Source: an uncultured Ruminococcus sp.
GTDB taxonomy: Bacteria > Bacillota > Clostridia > Oscillospirales > Ruminococcaceae
Assembly: GCA_947177755.1 (NCBI GenBank)
Contig: CAMWVV010000001.1
Location: forward strand, 1,592 to 65,591
Reading direction: 5' to 3'
Length of the DNA: 64,000 bases
A program made the position numbers and the translations under genes. The notes beneath the pieces were generated by a model. It was not told the origin of the DNA. It ran no database searches and worked only from the letters and a program-made list of their open reading frames with translations. Below, piece by piece: positions 20,499-31,314 of this stretch. Position 1 is the first letter of the stretch. Each line of letters begins with the position of its first letter.

Positions 20499-21257
20499 TT
20501 ATGTTTCGGGCATAACGTTACTTACTTCGGGAAATTCCTGAGAAGAATCCTGATTATCCTGCTGTGCCTGATTGTTCTGATAATAATTTTGTGTGTCCTG
20601 GAATCCCTGAGAATCCTGATAGCCCTGATTGTTCTGATTGTTCTGAATATCGGGGGTATTCTGAGGTACGTCGGGAGTTAAGTCCTGCTGATTCACATCA
20701 GGTGTTAAGGGCGTAGCACTGGGGTCTGTAACATTTACCTGAATCGGTATGCTGATTTCGGGGTGATTGCTGAATGAAAGAGTAACAAGACAAGTACCTG
20801 CATTTACGCCTGTTACATTTCCGTAAATATCAACTGTAGCGATATTTTCGTTGTCGGATTTCCAGACTTCATTGTCGGCTGTCGAGCCTTCGGGGTAGTT
20901 TGTAATAAGAGCATAATCCGAACTTCCGCCGACTGTAACATTTATTGTGGTCTTATCAAGCTGTACCTGAGCGGAAAGGTCGGGGTCAGCCGTAGGAACA
21001 GGTATGGCAGTTGTTGTTGGTGGTTCTGTAATGGGTTCAGTTTCGGTTGTTGTGGTAGTGGTAGTGGTTGAAGATGTGGTAGAATCTTCTTTTTTTGGCT
21101 TTGTGGTTTTATCAGTACAAGCGTTAGCTATAAGAATAACCAGAATAAGCACGATAAGTGCGATGACTGCAAGGGCACAGAGCTGTCTGCGTCTGAGAAT
21201 TTTCTTGGTAACCTTTTTACGAGGTTTTTCGGAATTATGGTTGTTGCTGTTATCCAT
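20499..21257 (-). CDS. Membrane-anchored protein with Thr-rich linker, Ig-like (Big_2) domain and Q/N-rich tail
   Basis: Basic N-terminus plus TM, poly-Thr linker, WKSDNENIATVD..GNVTGVNAGT Ig-like motif, QNNQ repeats. Confidence 0.8.
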   Translation of the reverse strand: MDNSNNHNSEKPRKKVTKKILRRRQLCALAVIALIVLILVILIANACTDKTTKPKKEDSTTSSTTTTTTTTETEPITEPPTTTAIPVPTADPDLSAQVQLDKTTINVTVGGSSDYALITNYPEGSTADNEVWKSDNENIATVDIYGNVTGVNAGTCLVTLSFSNHPEISIPIQVNVTDPSATPLTPDVNQQDLTPDVPQNTPDIQNNQNNQGYQDSQGFQDTQNYYQNNQAQQDNQDSSQEFPEVSNVMPET

Positions 21258-21638
21258 TTTTTTGAATCCCTTTCTTTAATTTATAGTATTAATCCGCATA
21301 ATATACGGGCAGATTAATTAAGACCGTAAAAGTGTTTTTTGTTGCAGGCATAAACATTTGGTCTTTGAAGATAATCGACTTACGCTGTAATGACATGAAT
21401 TACAGACGTTTTATACATAGAAAAGTACCTTTACTACATTATATCATAGTGTGAAAGAAATGTCACGTACTTTTGCAAAATTTCCGCACATTGACCTATA
21501 ATGAAGATAATTTTTGTCATTTTTTGCTAAAATAAAATCAAACAGATGTTCTTAAATAAACCTTGGTTAACTTAAATTTAATATTTTTATCACATGACGA
21601 TATTTAAATTGCGCGCTTATGTTTATTTATCAAACTAT

Positions 21639-24017
21639 TTATCTCCAAAATTCAATAAGTTCATGAAATTGACTTGTTATTAACGGGTAGTCATATTCAG
21701 AGAAAGTAAAATTAAATATCTGAGGAATATTTATTATAAACGCCGTTATCATTGAGAATGACATAAAATATCCGAACAGTTTTTTAATCGTTGTGTTTTC
21801 TGTATTCTGATAGAGAAAGAAAAGTATCACATACGCTCCTATAAGAATCTGCCATGAGAAATCCGCTGTATACCTTACGGCATATCCGCTTTCCCATATT
21901 GAGAATATTATTACCAGAGGCATTATTACACATGGAAGAAGTGTAATAACGGAATACTTTATTTTGGTGCGTCTGCCATTAAGTTTTCGCAGGGCTTTTC
22001 CGCCGAGCAGATAGGCGAATACAGGCAGTGCAAGGAACAATATGCCTGAAGTCTGTCCGAGGTCTTTGAAGTAATAGCCGTTTGCTTTGAGATATGAAAA
22101 AGGTGTTTCAACATACGGGTATTCAAATCTGAGTGACGGAACGGCAAAAATATATGCAAAAAGTCCTATAAGAACGAAAAGGGTGTGATATTCGGAATCA
22201 ATGAAATCATTTATTGTGAGGGAGTATTTTATTCCGAAATCGAAAGGAGAATCAAAGCGGGCGTAGTTATACCACATCTGAACCGAGCCGAGAACCGCAA
22301 ACGGAATCACAGCAGCGAGTATATATTTTATTTTCCTGCTTTTCACTGTTTTTATACTTCCGTCTGTTTCATAAACCTTTGCAGATTTGCCGAATCCTAT
22401 GGCGTAATATACACAGGCACATATTGAGTATACCGCAAGTGTCGGACGGCAAAGCACGGCAGTGGCAAGAAACAGAGAAGCAAATGTAACTTTTTTAAGG
22501 GAAATTTCCCCGCCTCCGATTACATTTGAAGATATGAGGAAATAAGCACCGAGAGCCGTAAAGGCAAAACCCGATGATATTGATATTTCATAGAAAAGAG
22601 GTCGACCGATACTATACCATATTCCGCAGACTGTAAGGAGAATGGCAAGTCCTGAAATATAACAGCCCGAGGGTATACGGCTGAACCAGCGTTTTATTAT
22701 TGCATTATAAGTCAGTGCAAGGAATATAAGACCCAGTGCCGAGAAAATCAGTGCTGCTATATCAGTAGGGAAGAAACTGCCTGTTATCAGGTGATACGGC
22801 AGAAAAAGAAGTATAACGGGTGCTATGCCGTAATAGGAATAATATTTACCGTTATAAAGAACATGGTCCCATGCCTCATTATCTGTCACCGATTCACGTA
22901 AATATCTGTCATAAGGGTCAGGTGATTCAAGAAGTTCCTTTACAGGTTCTCTTAATAACGAAACCTGACCTTTTTCAAAGGCAAGTACAAGCTCCTCGGA
23001 AATCTGGTTGCCTTCTTTCTGGAAAAAATAATTTTCCGAATCATACGGAATTTTTTCACAGGTCATGCCGAATGCAATCAGAACGGCGGAAACGGTGATT
23101 ATAAGTGACGAAATTTCACAGAATTGCAAATTTTCCTTGTATGTTCTTTTCATAAGTCCAGAAAATGCCACAGCATATGCAAGTGTTGAAATAATAATGA
23201 TAAGCATCATTCTGAGAGCCGATATTTCAAACGGAATGGGTGTATTGATTTCTATTTCAGATAAATAGAATAAATCATAATCATTTATGCCCGAAAAATT
23301 GAACTGCATTGAGCCGACTTTTCCCGAAAGAAGAACGGTTGTATATGCGGTGCTTGGATTTGTTGTAATAACATCTGCTTTGATTATTGACGTACGGTAT
23401 AATGAAGATGTTTCGTCAGTTGCGTCGATACTGACTGAAAGCTTGTCTGAATTTGCAGTTTCCACATTGATTTTTATTGTACCTACTTTTTTGTTGATAT
23501 TTTTAAATTCAACTGTGGAAGTATTCCGTCCGCTTACTTTAAGATTACCTGTTTTTTCTTCGGTTTCTCCATTGATTAATGTTCCCTCCGATACGGAAAT
23601 TTTCTGCTGTTCGTAATCTCCGAAAAATATTCTGTATGACGGAAACTGAAAGACAGTAATTTCCAGTATGAAAACAATCAGAAGTATTTTTCCGAAAAAT
23701 TTCAGTGTGCGTGATTCAATTCTGTTTCTGATTAGGTTACATAATTTTTCAAGCAGGAGAACAGCTCCCATGACGGCGAATGCTCCGTGAAACATACCTG
23801 TGTCTGTCAGTCTGATAATGTCAGATATTCCAAGAAACATAGTAAATATAGTGCAGACATCTGCAAATATTTCTTTTGCTGACGGAGGGGATTTTTCTTC
23901 ATTATCTTCTTCAGATTCGGACAGAGGAGAGATTTTATTTCTGATGTCGGTTATAAAGATGACCGACGCATAAACTGTCATTATGACTACAATAAAAAAC
24001 AAAAGTTTTATTAACAT
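21639..24017 (-). CDS. Large polytopic membrane protein, possibly GT-C fold glycosyltransferase-like
   Basis: Many TM helices; WDHVLYNGKYYSYYG.AP, RP.FYE, CRPT, YNY.RF.SPF.FG motifs; function inferred. Confidence 0.6.
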   Translation of the reverse strand: MLIKLLFFIVVIMTVYASVIFITDIRNKISPLSESEEDNEEKSPPSAKEIFADVCTIFTMFLGISDIIRLTDTGMFHGAFAVMGAVLLLEKLCNLIRNRIESRTLKFFGKILLIVFILEITVFQFPSYRIFFGDYEQQKISVSEGTLINGETEEKTGNLKVSGRNTSTVEFKNINKKVGTIKINVETANSDKLSVSIDATDETSSLYRTSIIKADVITTNPSTAYTTVLLSGKVGSMQFNFSGINDYDLFYLSEIEINTPIPFEISALRMMLIIIISTLAYAVAFSGLMKRTYKENLQFCEISSLIITVSAVLIAFGMTCEKIPYDSENYFFQKEGNQISEELVLAFEKGQVSLLREPVKELLESPDPYDRYLRESVTDNEAWDHVLYNGKYYSYYGIAPVILLFLPYHLITGSFFPTDIAALIFSALGLIFLALTYNAIIKRWFSRIPSGCYISGLAILLTVCGIWYSIGRPLFYEISISSGFAFTALGAYFLISSNVIGGGEISLKKVTFASLFLATAVLCRPTLAVYSICACVYYAIGFGKSAKVYETDGSIKTVKSRKIKYILAAVIPFAVLGSVQMWYNYARFDSPFDFGIKYSLTINDFIDSEYHTLFVLIGLFAYIFAVPSLRFEYPYVETPFSYLKANGYYFKDLGQTSGILFLALPVFAYLLGGKALRKLNGRRTKIKYSVITLLPCVIMPLVIIFSIWESGYAVRYTADFSWQILIGAYVILFFLYQNTENTTIKKLFGYFMSFSMITAFIINIPQIFNFTFSEYDYPLITSQFHELIEFWR

Positions 24018-24038
24018 AATGTTTTTCCTTTCATATGC

Positions 24039-24073
24039 AAAATATATGGGACAACTTTCGGCTGTCCCATATT
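24039..24073 (-). terminator. Hairpin or terminator after the solute-binding protein gene
   Basis: ATATGGGACA/TGTCCCATAT 10-bp stem with a short T run on the minus strand. Confidence 0.55.
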
Positions 24074-24081
24074 CTGAATTT

Positions 24082-25488
24082 TTAGGTTTGTTTCAATCGT
24101 TCGATTTCTTCCTTTATGACAGCTGAACACGAATTACGGAAAGTTTTCCATGTATCGTAAGTACCGCCCGAAAGAAGCATATTTTTTTCAATCTGGTCGA
24201 TTATGCCGTCAGAACCCTCCGAACTGTAAAGCCTTTCACCCATTCCGTAGGCAAAATCAACTACAGGTGTGATTTTTGCGGGGTCTGTATATTCCTGTAA
24301 AACGTCATACTGTTCGGCGGTAAGCTGGCTGACGGTAACGCCTCTTGAGTTTTTCTCAGGAAGAAGTGCAAACTCCTTTGCAGGTTCTTTATAGTCTTCC
24401 TGAGTGGCAGCAAACCGTTCACACTTTATATATGTTGCCACTGCATCTCCCTTTTTGGAATTTTTTACAAGCATTTTGGCATTGAAGTCACATACTATAT
24501 AGTTTCCCTTTGCTTTGGAATATTTCGGGAATGGTACTGCCATGAAGTCCATATCGGGACATTTTACATTTGAAACACCGATAGTCCAGAAAGGAGCAGC
24601 GAAGAAAAGTGTGTTTTTTCCTGACGGAAAACTTTCGTTTCTGTATGATGAATACAGATTTTTGTTTGCTATTTTCTGCATAAACATTTCGGCTTCCTTT
24701 ATCGGAGAAGTGTTTATATTGTTGAAAAGTTTTCCGTTTGTATAGTCCACGATGTTGAAACCTGTGGAATGAATAAGCGAATTTCCGACAAATCCGTTTA
24801 TTCCGTAACCACCTGTATTGGCTTTGAATTTTTCCGACATTTCCATAAAAGCGTCCCAGTCCCATTTGTCTTTTTTGTAAAGTTCATACGGGTCGTCAAG
24901 CTTGTTTTCCTTAATCATTTTACGGCTGTAGGTAAGCACAACGGGATTTGACAGCGAATAAGGAATGACATAATGATTGTCATTGTATTCAAACATATCA
25001 ATAACATCGGACATATCGTCCCATATACTGCTGTTGATTTCAAGTGAGTTGAAATACGGGTCAAGCGGTTCATACTGATTTTTCTTCACTCCGTCAGGCA
25101 ACGCACTGACATCATATTCGAACATATCAACTTCGTCACCTGCCAGAATCATTGAGGAAAGCTTTTCAAATCTCTCTTCCGCCGATGTATAGACAAATTT
25201 TATCTTACCGCCGAAAACGTCTTCAAAGAGTGAAAGTGCTACGGAACGTTTGTCTTTTTCTGTGGGGTTAAGGTCATAATCCGAAAGCCACACTATTTCA
25301 GTACCCGAAATATCAGCAGGTTTATCTGTTCCGTCGGGTTCTTCTGTACCTTCGGGAAGCATTGCTATAGGTTTTTCGTCTGTTTCAACAGAAAGATTTC
25401 CTGTTACATTCTTTCTACAGGAAACTGCCGAGGTCATCGCCGTGGCAGCGGCAATGATTCCTGCAAGCGTTTTCTTTATTTTTTTCAT
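24082..25488 (-). CDS. Extracellular solute-binding lipoprotein (sugar ABC type)
   Basis: MKKIKK...AMTSAVSC lipoprotein signal; FEDVFGGKI, WDWDAF, VPFPK motifs; no permease adjacent. Confidence 0.75.
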   Translation of the reverse strand: MKKIKKTLAGIIAAATAMTSAVSCRKNVTGNLSVETDEKPIAMLPEGTEEPDGTDKPADISGTEIVWLSDYDLNPTEKDKRSVALSLFEDVFGGKIKFVYTSAEERFEKLSSMILAGDEVDMFEYDVSALPDGVKKNQYEPLDPYFNSLEINSSIWDDMSDVIDMFEYNDNHYVIPYSLSNPVVLTYSRKMIKENKLDDPYELYKKDKWDWDAFMEMSEKFKANTGGYGINGFVGNSLIHSTGFNIVDYTNGKLFNNINTSPIKEAEMFMQKIANKNLYSSYRNESFPSGKNTLFFAAPFWTIGVSNVKCPDMDFMAVPFPKYSKAKGNYIVCDFNAKMLVKNSKKGDAVATYIKCERFAATQEDYKEPAKEFALLPEKNSRGVTVSQLTAEQYDVLQEYTDPAKITPVVDFAYGMGERLYSSEGSDGIIDQIEKNMLLSGGTYDTWKTFRNSCSAVIKEEIERLKQT

Positions 25489-25733
25489 ACGGAGGACTCC
25501 TTTCATTGCTCATTACAGTTTTTCCATGTAGATTAGTTCACCTTATTATACATTATGTTTTACTGATATGTCAAGTATTTTGGTAAAATCCTTATGTGAT
25601 ATTTTATACACATTTCTGCTTTTTTACTGCCGTAAATAATGGTATATCTGTACTTTATTCATTATTTTTCCATATGAAAACACCGCTGTTATGGTTAAAA
25701 TATAAGTTTTTAAAAGAAATTTTCTGAAAAGAC

Positions 25734-25762
25734 TTGATTTTTACAGAAATACATGATATAAT
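25734..25762 (+). promoter_or_regulatory. Sigma-A promoter of the rimP operon
   Basis: TTGATT, 17 bp spacer, TG-n-TATAAT. Confidence 0.7.
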
Positions 25763-25786
25763 ATAAACAAGGTAATAGTTAATCTC

Positions 25787-25810
25787 AAAGACCGGAAATC
25801 TCCGGTCTTT
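25787..25810 (+). promoter_or_regulatory. Hairpin in the rimP leader (possible attenuator)
   Basis: AAAGACCGGA/TCCGGTCTTT perfect 10-bp stem; rimP-nusA leaders often carry a terminator-like hairpin. Confidence 0.5.
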
Positions 25811-25861
25811 CGTTTATATTGGGACTATTGTATAAATTCGGTGAAAGGAGATGAGTTTTAT

Positions 25862-26335
25862 ATGAAATTCAAAAAATTCGGTGCTACCGAACAAAAAGTA
25901 TATGACCTTGTAAAGCCGATAACGGACGAACTCGGTTATTATCTCTGGGACGTATGCTATGAAAAGGAGGGTGCTGTCTGGTATCTCCGCATATTCATTG
26001 ACAGTGACGACGGTATTACTATTGAGGACTGCGAAAGGGCAAACACTCCGATAAATGCAGTCATGGACGAAGAAGACCCCGTTTCACAGGCATATACTCT
26101 TGAAGTCGGTTCGGCAGGTCTTGAGAGGGAGCTTGTCAAGGAAGAACATTTTGAAATATGCGTGGGCGATAATGTAAGAATCCGCTTTATAAGAAGCGTT
26201 GACGGTGAAAAGGAAATCATTGCAGTGCTTTCGGGTGCGGATAAAGACGGCGTTTCAGTTGTTCTTGACGACGGAAGTGAAAAGAAATTTTCGCTTGCCG
26301 ATATTGCCTACGTCAGACTTTATTTTGAATTTTAA
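25862..26335 (+). CDS. rimP: Ribosome maturation factor RimP
   Basis: LRIFID...GITIEDCE, YTLEVGSAGLEREL; first gene of the nusA operon. Confidence 0.93.
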   Translation: MKFKKFGATEQKVYDLVKPITDELGYYLWDVCYEKEGAVWYLRIFIDSDDGITIEDCERANTPINAVMDEEDPVSQAYTLEVGSAGLERELVKEEHFEICVGDNVRIRFIRSVDGEKEIIAVLSGADKDGVSVVLDDGSEKKFSLADIAYVRLYFEF

Positions 26336-26400
26336 CAGAATCCGCAGGTTTCAGACCATAATAATAAAAATATTTTTATATACTGGAGGAATATACAGAC

Positions 26401-27597
26401 ATGAACATTAACAAGAGCTTTTTCGATGCACTTCAATCTCTCGGAGAGGAAAACAGTGTTGAAACTGAACTTCTCATCGAAAAAGTAAAGTCGGCAATGC
26501 TTAAGGCTGCGAGAAAGGCTTATCCGCACAGTGAAGAACGTATAAAGGTTGAAATAGACCCTCTTACAAAGAAGTTTGCAATGTATATCGAACAGGAAAT
26601 TATTGATGATTATCCTATTGACGAAAACGAAGTCAATATTGACGTTGCAAGAACCATTGACCCTTATGCTGTTGTCGGCGGTAAGATTCTGAAAGAGATT
26701 GATATTTCAAAACTCGGCAGAATGGCGGCACTTTCAGCCAAGCAGTCAATAAAGGGCGACCTCAGGGAAATTAACCGTGAACAGATGCTTAATCGTTTTG
26801 AATCAAAGGAACATGAATGCATTACGGCTAAAGTTTCTCAGATTGACCCTGGCAGAGGCACTGTTACTGTTGAATATGAGGGAACGGAACTCTATCTTTT
26901 CAGAAATGAACAGATTCCGGGGGAAGTTCTGAAAGAAGGTTCGTCTGTAAAGGTTTATGTAACCAGTATTATAGGAAAAACCAAAAAGCCGATTGTCAAG
27001 ATTTCACGTACTCACAAGGACCTTGTAAAAAGACTTTTTGAACTGGAAGTCCCTGAAATCTATGACGGAACGGTTGAAGTCAAATCAATTTCAAGGGAGG
27101 CAGGTTCAAGAACAAAGATAGCCGTATGTTCAAGAGATGCAAACGTTGATGCGGTAGGTGCTTGCATCGGTGTTGACCATTCAAGAATAAAAGCAGTTGT
27201 TGAAGAACTCAACAACGAAAAGATAGATATTATTCAATGGAGTGAAGTACCTGAAAAATTCATTTCAAAGGCACTTGCACCTGCATCTGTTCTTAAAACT
27301 GTCATAACTTCCGAGGAAGAAAAGACCTGCACGGTTATAGTTCCGAACAATCAGCTTTCACTTGCTATCGGCAACAAGGGACAGAATGCAAAGCTTGCCG
27401 CCAAGCTTACAGGTTACAAAATCGACATCAAACCTCAGTTTGATAACGAAACAAATAAAGAAGCTCCCGAATTAAGTCCCGATTTTAAAGTACCCGAAAA
27501 GCAGACTGACGTTGAGGAAGAAAAAGCTGTTGCAGAAGAAGTCTCGGCTGAAAATGCGGAAGTTTCCGCAGAAGCGGTTACTTCGGAAGAGGAATAA
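26401..27597 (+). CDS. nusA: Transcription factor NusA
   Basis: S1 and KH domains; SREAGSRTKIAV, VGACIG, LSLAIGNKGQNAKLAAKLTGYKIDIK. Confidence 0.96.
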   Translation: MNINKSFFDALQSLGEENSVETELLIEKVKSAMLKAARKAYPHSEERIKVEIDPLTKKFAMYIEQEIIDDYPIDENEVNIDVARTIDPYAVVGGKILKEIDISKLGRMAALSAKQSIKGDLREINREQMLNRFESKEHECITAKVSQIDPGRGTVTVEYEGTELYLFRNEQIPGEVLKEGSSVKVYVTSIIGKTKKPIVKISRTHKDLVKRLFELEVPEIYDGTVEVKSISREAGSRTKIAVCSRDANVDAVGACIGVDHSRIKAVVEELNNEKIDIIQWSEVPEKFISKALAPASVLKTVITSEEEKTCTVIVPNNQLSLAIGNKGQNAKLAAKLTGYKIDIKPQFDNETNKEAPELSPDFKVPEKQTDVEEEKAVAEEVSAENAEVSAEAVTSEEE

Positions 27598-27600
27598 TTT

Positions 27601-27870
27601 ATGAAACCGAAAAAAATTCCCATGAGAATGTGTCTGGGCTGTAATGAGATGAAGCCTAAAAAGGAGCTTATACGTGTTGTAAAATCGCCCGAGGGTGAAA
27701 TAAGTCTTGATTTTACCGGAAAAAAGTCCGGCAGAGGTGCATATATATGCCACAGCAGTGAATGTTTTGACAAGGCAAGAAAAGCACGCAGATTTGAAAA
27801 ATCATTCTCATGCAGGATTGATGAAAGCATTTACGGGGTGATGGCAGATGAACTCGAAAAAAACGGCTAA
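27601..27870 (+). CDS. ylxR: YlxR (DUF448) RNA-binding protein
   Basis: KKIPMRMCLGC, KKELIRVV, GKKSGRGAYIC. Confidence 0.93.
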   Translation: MKPKKIPMRMCLGCNEMKPKKELIRVVKSPEGEISLDFTGKKSGRGAYICHSSECFDKARKARRFEKSFSCRIDESIYGVMADELEKNG

Positions 27871-28153
27871 TCTGCTGACGATATGTCTGAAAGCAGGAAA
27901 AACCGTAAAGGGATTTGACAGTGTATGCGACGCTTTAAAAAACGGCAGTGTATTCTGCGTTCTCACCGCTTCGGACGCATCTGAAAAAACCGTCAAGGAA
28001 ATTTCCTTTGTATGCGGAAAACATTCTGTTCCGCTTTTCCGTACCGAGCTTACAAAGGAAGAAATGGGCATACTCTGCGGAAAAATCACGGCGGTTATTG
28101 CCGTATGTGACAAGGGTTTTGCAGACGGTTTTTCAAAGATTGTCAGTGCCTGA
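27848..28153 (+). CDS. L7Ae-family RNA-binding protein (YlxQ-like)
   Basis: LLTICLKAGKTVKG, ASDASEKT, LG...GK motif; conserved position between ylxR and infB. Confidence 0.88.
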   Translation: MNSKKTANLLTICLKAGKTVKGFDSVCDALKNGSVFCVLTASDASEKTVKEISFVCGKHSVPLFRTELTKEEMGILCGKITAVIAVCDKGFADGFSKIVSA

Positions 28154-28269
28154 TTACAGCAAAGACTGTATTGACATATATTTTTCAAAAAACGGATTTG
28201 TCGTAATTATGACAAGCCAAAACAAAGCCGTATTATATACGGCACAATTAACTGGAGGTATTTGAGCCT

Positions 28270-30828
28270 ATGATGAAAAAAATAAAACTTGGTGATGCAG
28301 CTAATGACCTTAATGTTTCCGTACAGGAAGTTATTGATTATTTTGCATCAAAGGGCGATACTAAGAAAAAAGCTTCAACAGGTCTTACTGAAACTGAAAT
28401 GAACCTGCTTCTTGAACACTATACAAAAGTTCATGAAGTAAAGTCTTTTGACGAGTATTACAAGTCAAAGAATCAAGAAAAGCCTGTTAAAAAGGAAGAA
28501 CCTAAAAAGGAAGAACCACAGAAACAGGACAGAAAAAATTCCGCCAGAAAGTCGGAAAAAACGGCAAAACAGTCCGCATCTGTAAAGAAGAATGACAAAA
28601 AATCCGAAGCTACAGCAGAAAATACACCTGTCAAGAAACAGAACGATTTAAAGCCTGCTCCGAAAAAACAGGAGGAAAAGAAGTCGGAAACAGTTTCCGA
28701 AGCAAAGCCAGCTGAAACAAAACCTGCCGTACAGTCCAGACCGAAGAACAAGAAGAACGACAGAAACAAACCACAGGCAAAACCGCAGGAAAGGGGCGAA
28801 CGTTCAAAGCTTAATGTTTCGTTCAGTTCAGAAACGGCACAGACTTCAACTCAGAGAAGAACAGTTGACACAAGAGGAAGCTATGTTGACCTTGATAAGT
28901 ACAACGAGCGTTATGAGCAGATTGCTCCGACAAACAAGCACAAGAATGACAATTACTCTTCAAAGAAACAGAAGATAAATCAGAAGTCCGCACAGAGAAA
29001 CAGACAGCAGTATTCCAGAAAGGAAACAGAAACTGAAAAGCTTAAAAGACTTGAACTCGAAAGAGCAAGAAAACAACAGCTTAAAGTGCTTATTCCCGAC
29101 AACATAACAGTAAGTGAACTGGCTGCACGTCTGAAAGTTACCGCTACTGAAGTTATCAAAAAACTTATGGGTCTTGGTATCATGGCGACTATCAATCAGG
29201 AAATTGACTTTGACACAGCTTCACTTGTTTCGGAAGAACTCGGTGCAAAGGTTGAAAAAGAAGTGATTGTCACCATTGAAGAACGTCTTATAGACGACAG
29301 CGACGATGACGACACAAATCTTGAAGAACGTTGTCCCGTTGTTGTTGTAATGGGACATGTTGACCATGGTAAAACTTCTATTCTTGACAGAATCAGACAC
29401 GCACACGTTGCCGCAGGCGAGGCAGGCGGTATTACTCAGCATATCGGTGCATATCAGGTTAAAGTCAATGGTCAGGACATAACTTTCCTTGATACTCCAG
29501 GACATGAGGCATTTACTTCAATGCGTGCAAGGGGTGCAAATATCACTGATATTGCTATTCTCGTAGTAGCCGCAGACGACGGTATTATGCCACAGACTGT
29601 TGAATCAATCAACCACGCAAAAGCCGCAGGTGTTTCACTTATAGTTGCCATAAACAAGATGGACAAAGAAGGTGCTAACCCCGACCGTATCAAAGAAGAA
29701 CTCACAAAGTATGATATTGTATGCGAGGAATGGGGCGGTGACGTTATCTGTGTTCCCGTATCGGCAAAGACAGGCGAGGGTATAGACGAACTTCTTGAAA
29801 ACGTTCTGCTTGTTGCCGAAGTAAAGGAACTCAAGGCAAATCCCGACAGACTTGCAAAAGGTACTGTAATTGAGGCACGTCTTGACAAGGGAAGAGGTCC
29901 TATAGCTACACTTCTTGTTCAGAACGGCACATTAAAGCAGGGTGATGTGCTTATTGCAGGTACGGCAGTAGGCAGGGTAAGAGTTATGACCAATCATAAG
30001 GGCAGGACTGTCAAGTCAGCAGGACCGTCTGTACCTGTTGAGATAACGGGTCTTGCGGAAGTTCCGAGTGCGGGCGATATATTCAACGCTGTAGAGGACG
30101 AAAGACTTGCGAGAGAGCTTGTTGAAAAGAGAAAGCACGAAGCTAAACAGGAACAGTTCAATGCTTACAGAAAGGTTACTCTTGATAACCTGTTCAGTCA
30201 GATTGCAGAGGGCGAAATAAAGGAACTTCCGATTATTGTAAAGGCAGATGTTCAGGGTTCTGTTGAAGCTGTAAAACAGTCGCTTGAAAAGCTTTCCAAC
30301 AATGAAGTAAGGGTAAGTGTAATTCACGGTGCGGTAGGTGCTGTAAAGGAAAGTGACGTTATGCTTGCCAATGCTTCAAATGCTATTATTGTAGGCTTTA
30401 ACGTAAGACCCGACCCCGTAGCAGCGGAAAATGCACAGCGTGACGGCGTTGATATTCGTCTTTACAGAATCATTTATGACGCTATCGAGGAAATCACAAC
30501 CGCTATGAAGGGTATGCTTGCACCAAAGTTCCGTGAAGTTGAGCTGGGACGTGCCGAAGTCCGTCAGGTATACAAGATTTCAAATGTCGGAATGGTTGCA
30601 GGAAGTTATGTTCTTAACGGCAAGGTGACAAGAGGCTGTCAGATACGTGTTGTACGTGACGGAATTATTATAGCTGATGACAAGATAGCAGGTCTTAAAC
30701 GTTTCAAGGACGATGCAAAGGAAGTTGCCGACGGTTATGAATGCGGTATCAGCCTTGAAAAGTTCAGTGACGTTAAAGAGGGCGATATATTCGAGGCATA
30801 TATTGTTGAAGAATACCGTGAGGACTGA
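28270..30828 (+). CDS. infB: Translation initiation factor IF-2
   Basis: [40 protein letters not shown]. Confidence 0.98.
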   Translation: MMKKIKLGDAANDLNVSVQEVIDYFASKGDTKKKASTGLTETEMNLLLEHYTKVHEVKSFDEYYKSKNQEKPVKKEEPKKEEPQKQDRKNSARKSEKTAKQSASVKKNDKKSEATAENTPVKKQNDLKPAPKKQEEKKSETVSEAKPAETKPAVQSRPKNKKNDRNKPQAKPQERGERSKLNVSFSSETAQTSTQRRTVDTRGSYVDLDKYNERYEQIAPTNKHKNDNYSSKKQKINQKSAQRNRQQYSRKETETEKLKRLELERARKQQLKVLIPDNITVSELAARLKVTATEVIKKLMGLGIMATINQEIDFDTASLVSEELGAKVEKEVIVTIEERLIDDSDDDDTNLEERCPVVVVMGHVDHGKTSILDRIRHAHVAAGEAGGITQHIGAYQVKVNGQDITFLDTPGHEAFTSMRARGANITDIAILVVAADDGIMPQTVESINHAKAAGVSLIVAINKMDKEGANPDRIKEELTKYDIVCEEWGGDVICVPVSAKTGEGIDELLENVLLVAEVKELKANPDRLAKGTVIEARLDKGRGPIATLLVQNGTLKQGDVLIAGTAVGRVRVMTNHKGRTVKSAGPSVPVEITGLAEVPSAGDIFNAVEDERLARELVEKRKHEAKQEQFNAYRKVTLDNLFSQIAEGEIKELPIIVKADVQGSVEAVKQSLEKLSNNEVRVSVIHGAVGAVKESDVMLANASNAIIVGFNVRPDPVAAENAQRDGVDIRLYRIIYDAIEEITTAMKGMLAPKFREVELGRAEVRQVYKISNVGMVAGSYVLNGKVTRGCQIRVVRDGIIIADDKIAGLKRFKDDAKEVADGYECGISLEKFSDVKEGDIFEAYIVEEYRED

Positions 30829-30841
30829 TATATGAAACTAA

Positions 30842-30876
30842 TCAGGGCGTATCCGTATTTTTCGGATATGCTCTGA
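30842..30876 (+). other. Long hairpin between infB and rbfA
   Basis: TCAGGGCGTATCCG/CGGATATGCTCTGA 14-bp stem with two G-U pairs and no U tract. Confidence 0.55.
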
Positions 30877-30942
30877 ATATACCATTGAAAAAAATAATGA
30901 TACAAATTTTATAGTAAAAATCTTATTAAAGAAAGGAAAACA

Positions 30943-31284
30943 ATGGCAAATTTTAAAAACAGCCGTATGGCAGAAGATATAAAAAGGGAAATGACGGCTA
31001 TCCTCCGAGAACTCAAAGACCCGAGAATAGACAAGATGCTTACAATAGTAAGAGCGGATTTGTCGGGTGATATGTCTGTTTGTAAGATATATGTATCAAG
31101 TTTTCAGGGAATTGAAAAGACAAAGGAATCTGTAAAAGGTCTTACAAGTGCAGGCGGATTTATAAGGCGTGAACTTTTTCACAGACTGAAAATGCGTAAA
31201 TCTCCCGAACTTACTTTTATAGCCGACAATTCAATTGAAAGAAGTGCGGAAATCAGTAAAAAGCTTAATGATTTGCTGAACTGA
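30943..31284 (+). CDS. rbfA: Ribosome-binding factor A
   Basis: LKDPR, DLSGDMSVCKIYVS, GFIRREL..RLKMRKSPELTF..D.SIE. Confidence 0.95.
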   Translation: MANFKNSRMAEDIKREMTAILRELKDPRIDKMLTIVRADLSGDMSVCKIYVSSFQGIEKTKESVKGLTSAGGFIRRELFHRLKMRKSPELTFIADNSIERSAEISKKLNDLLN

Positions 31285-31314
31285 TTATTTTTAAAGGAAA
31301 GAGGTGCATTTATA

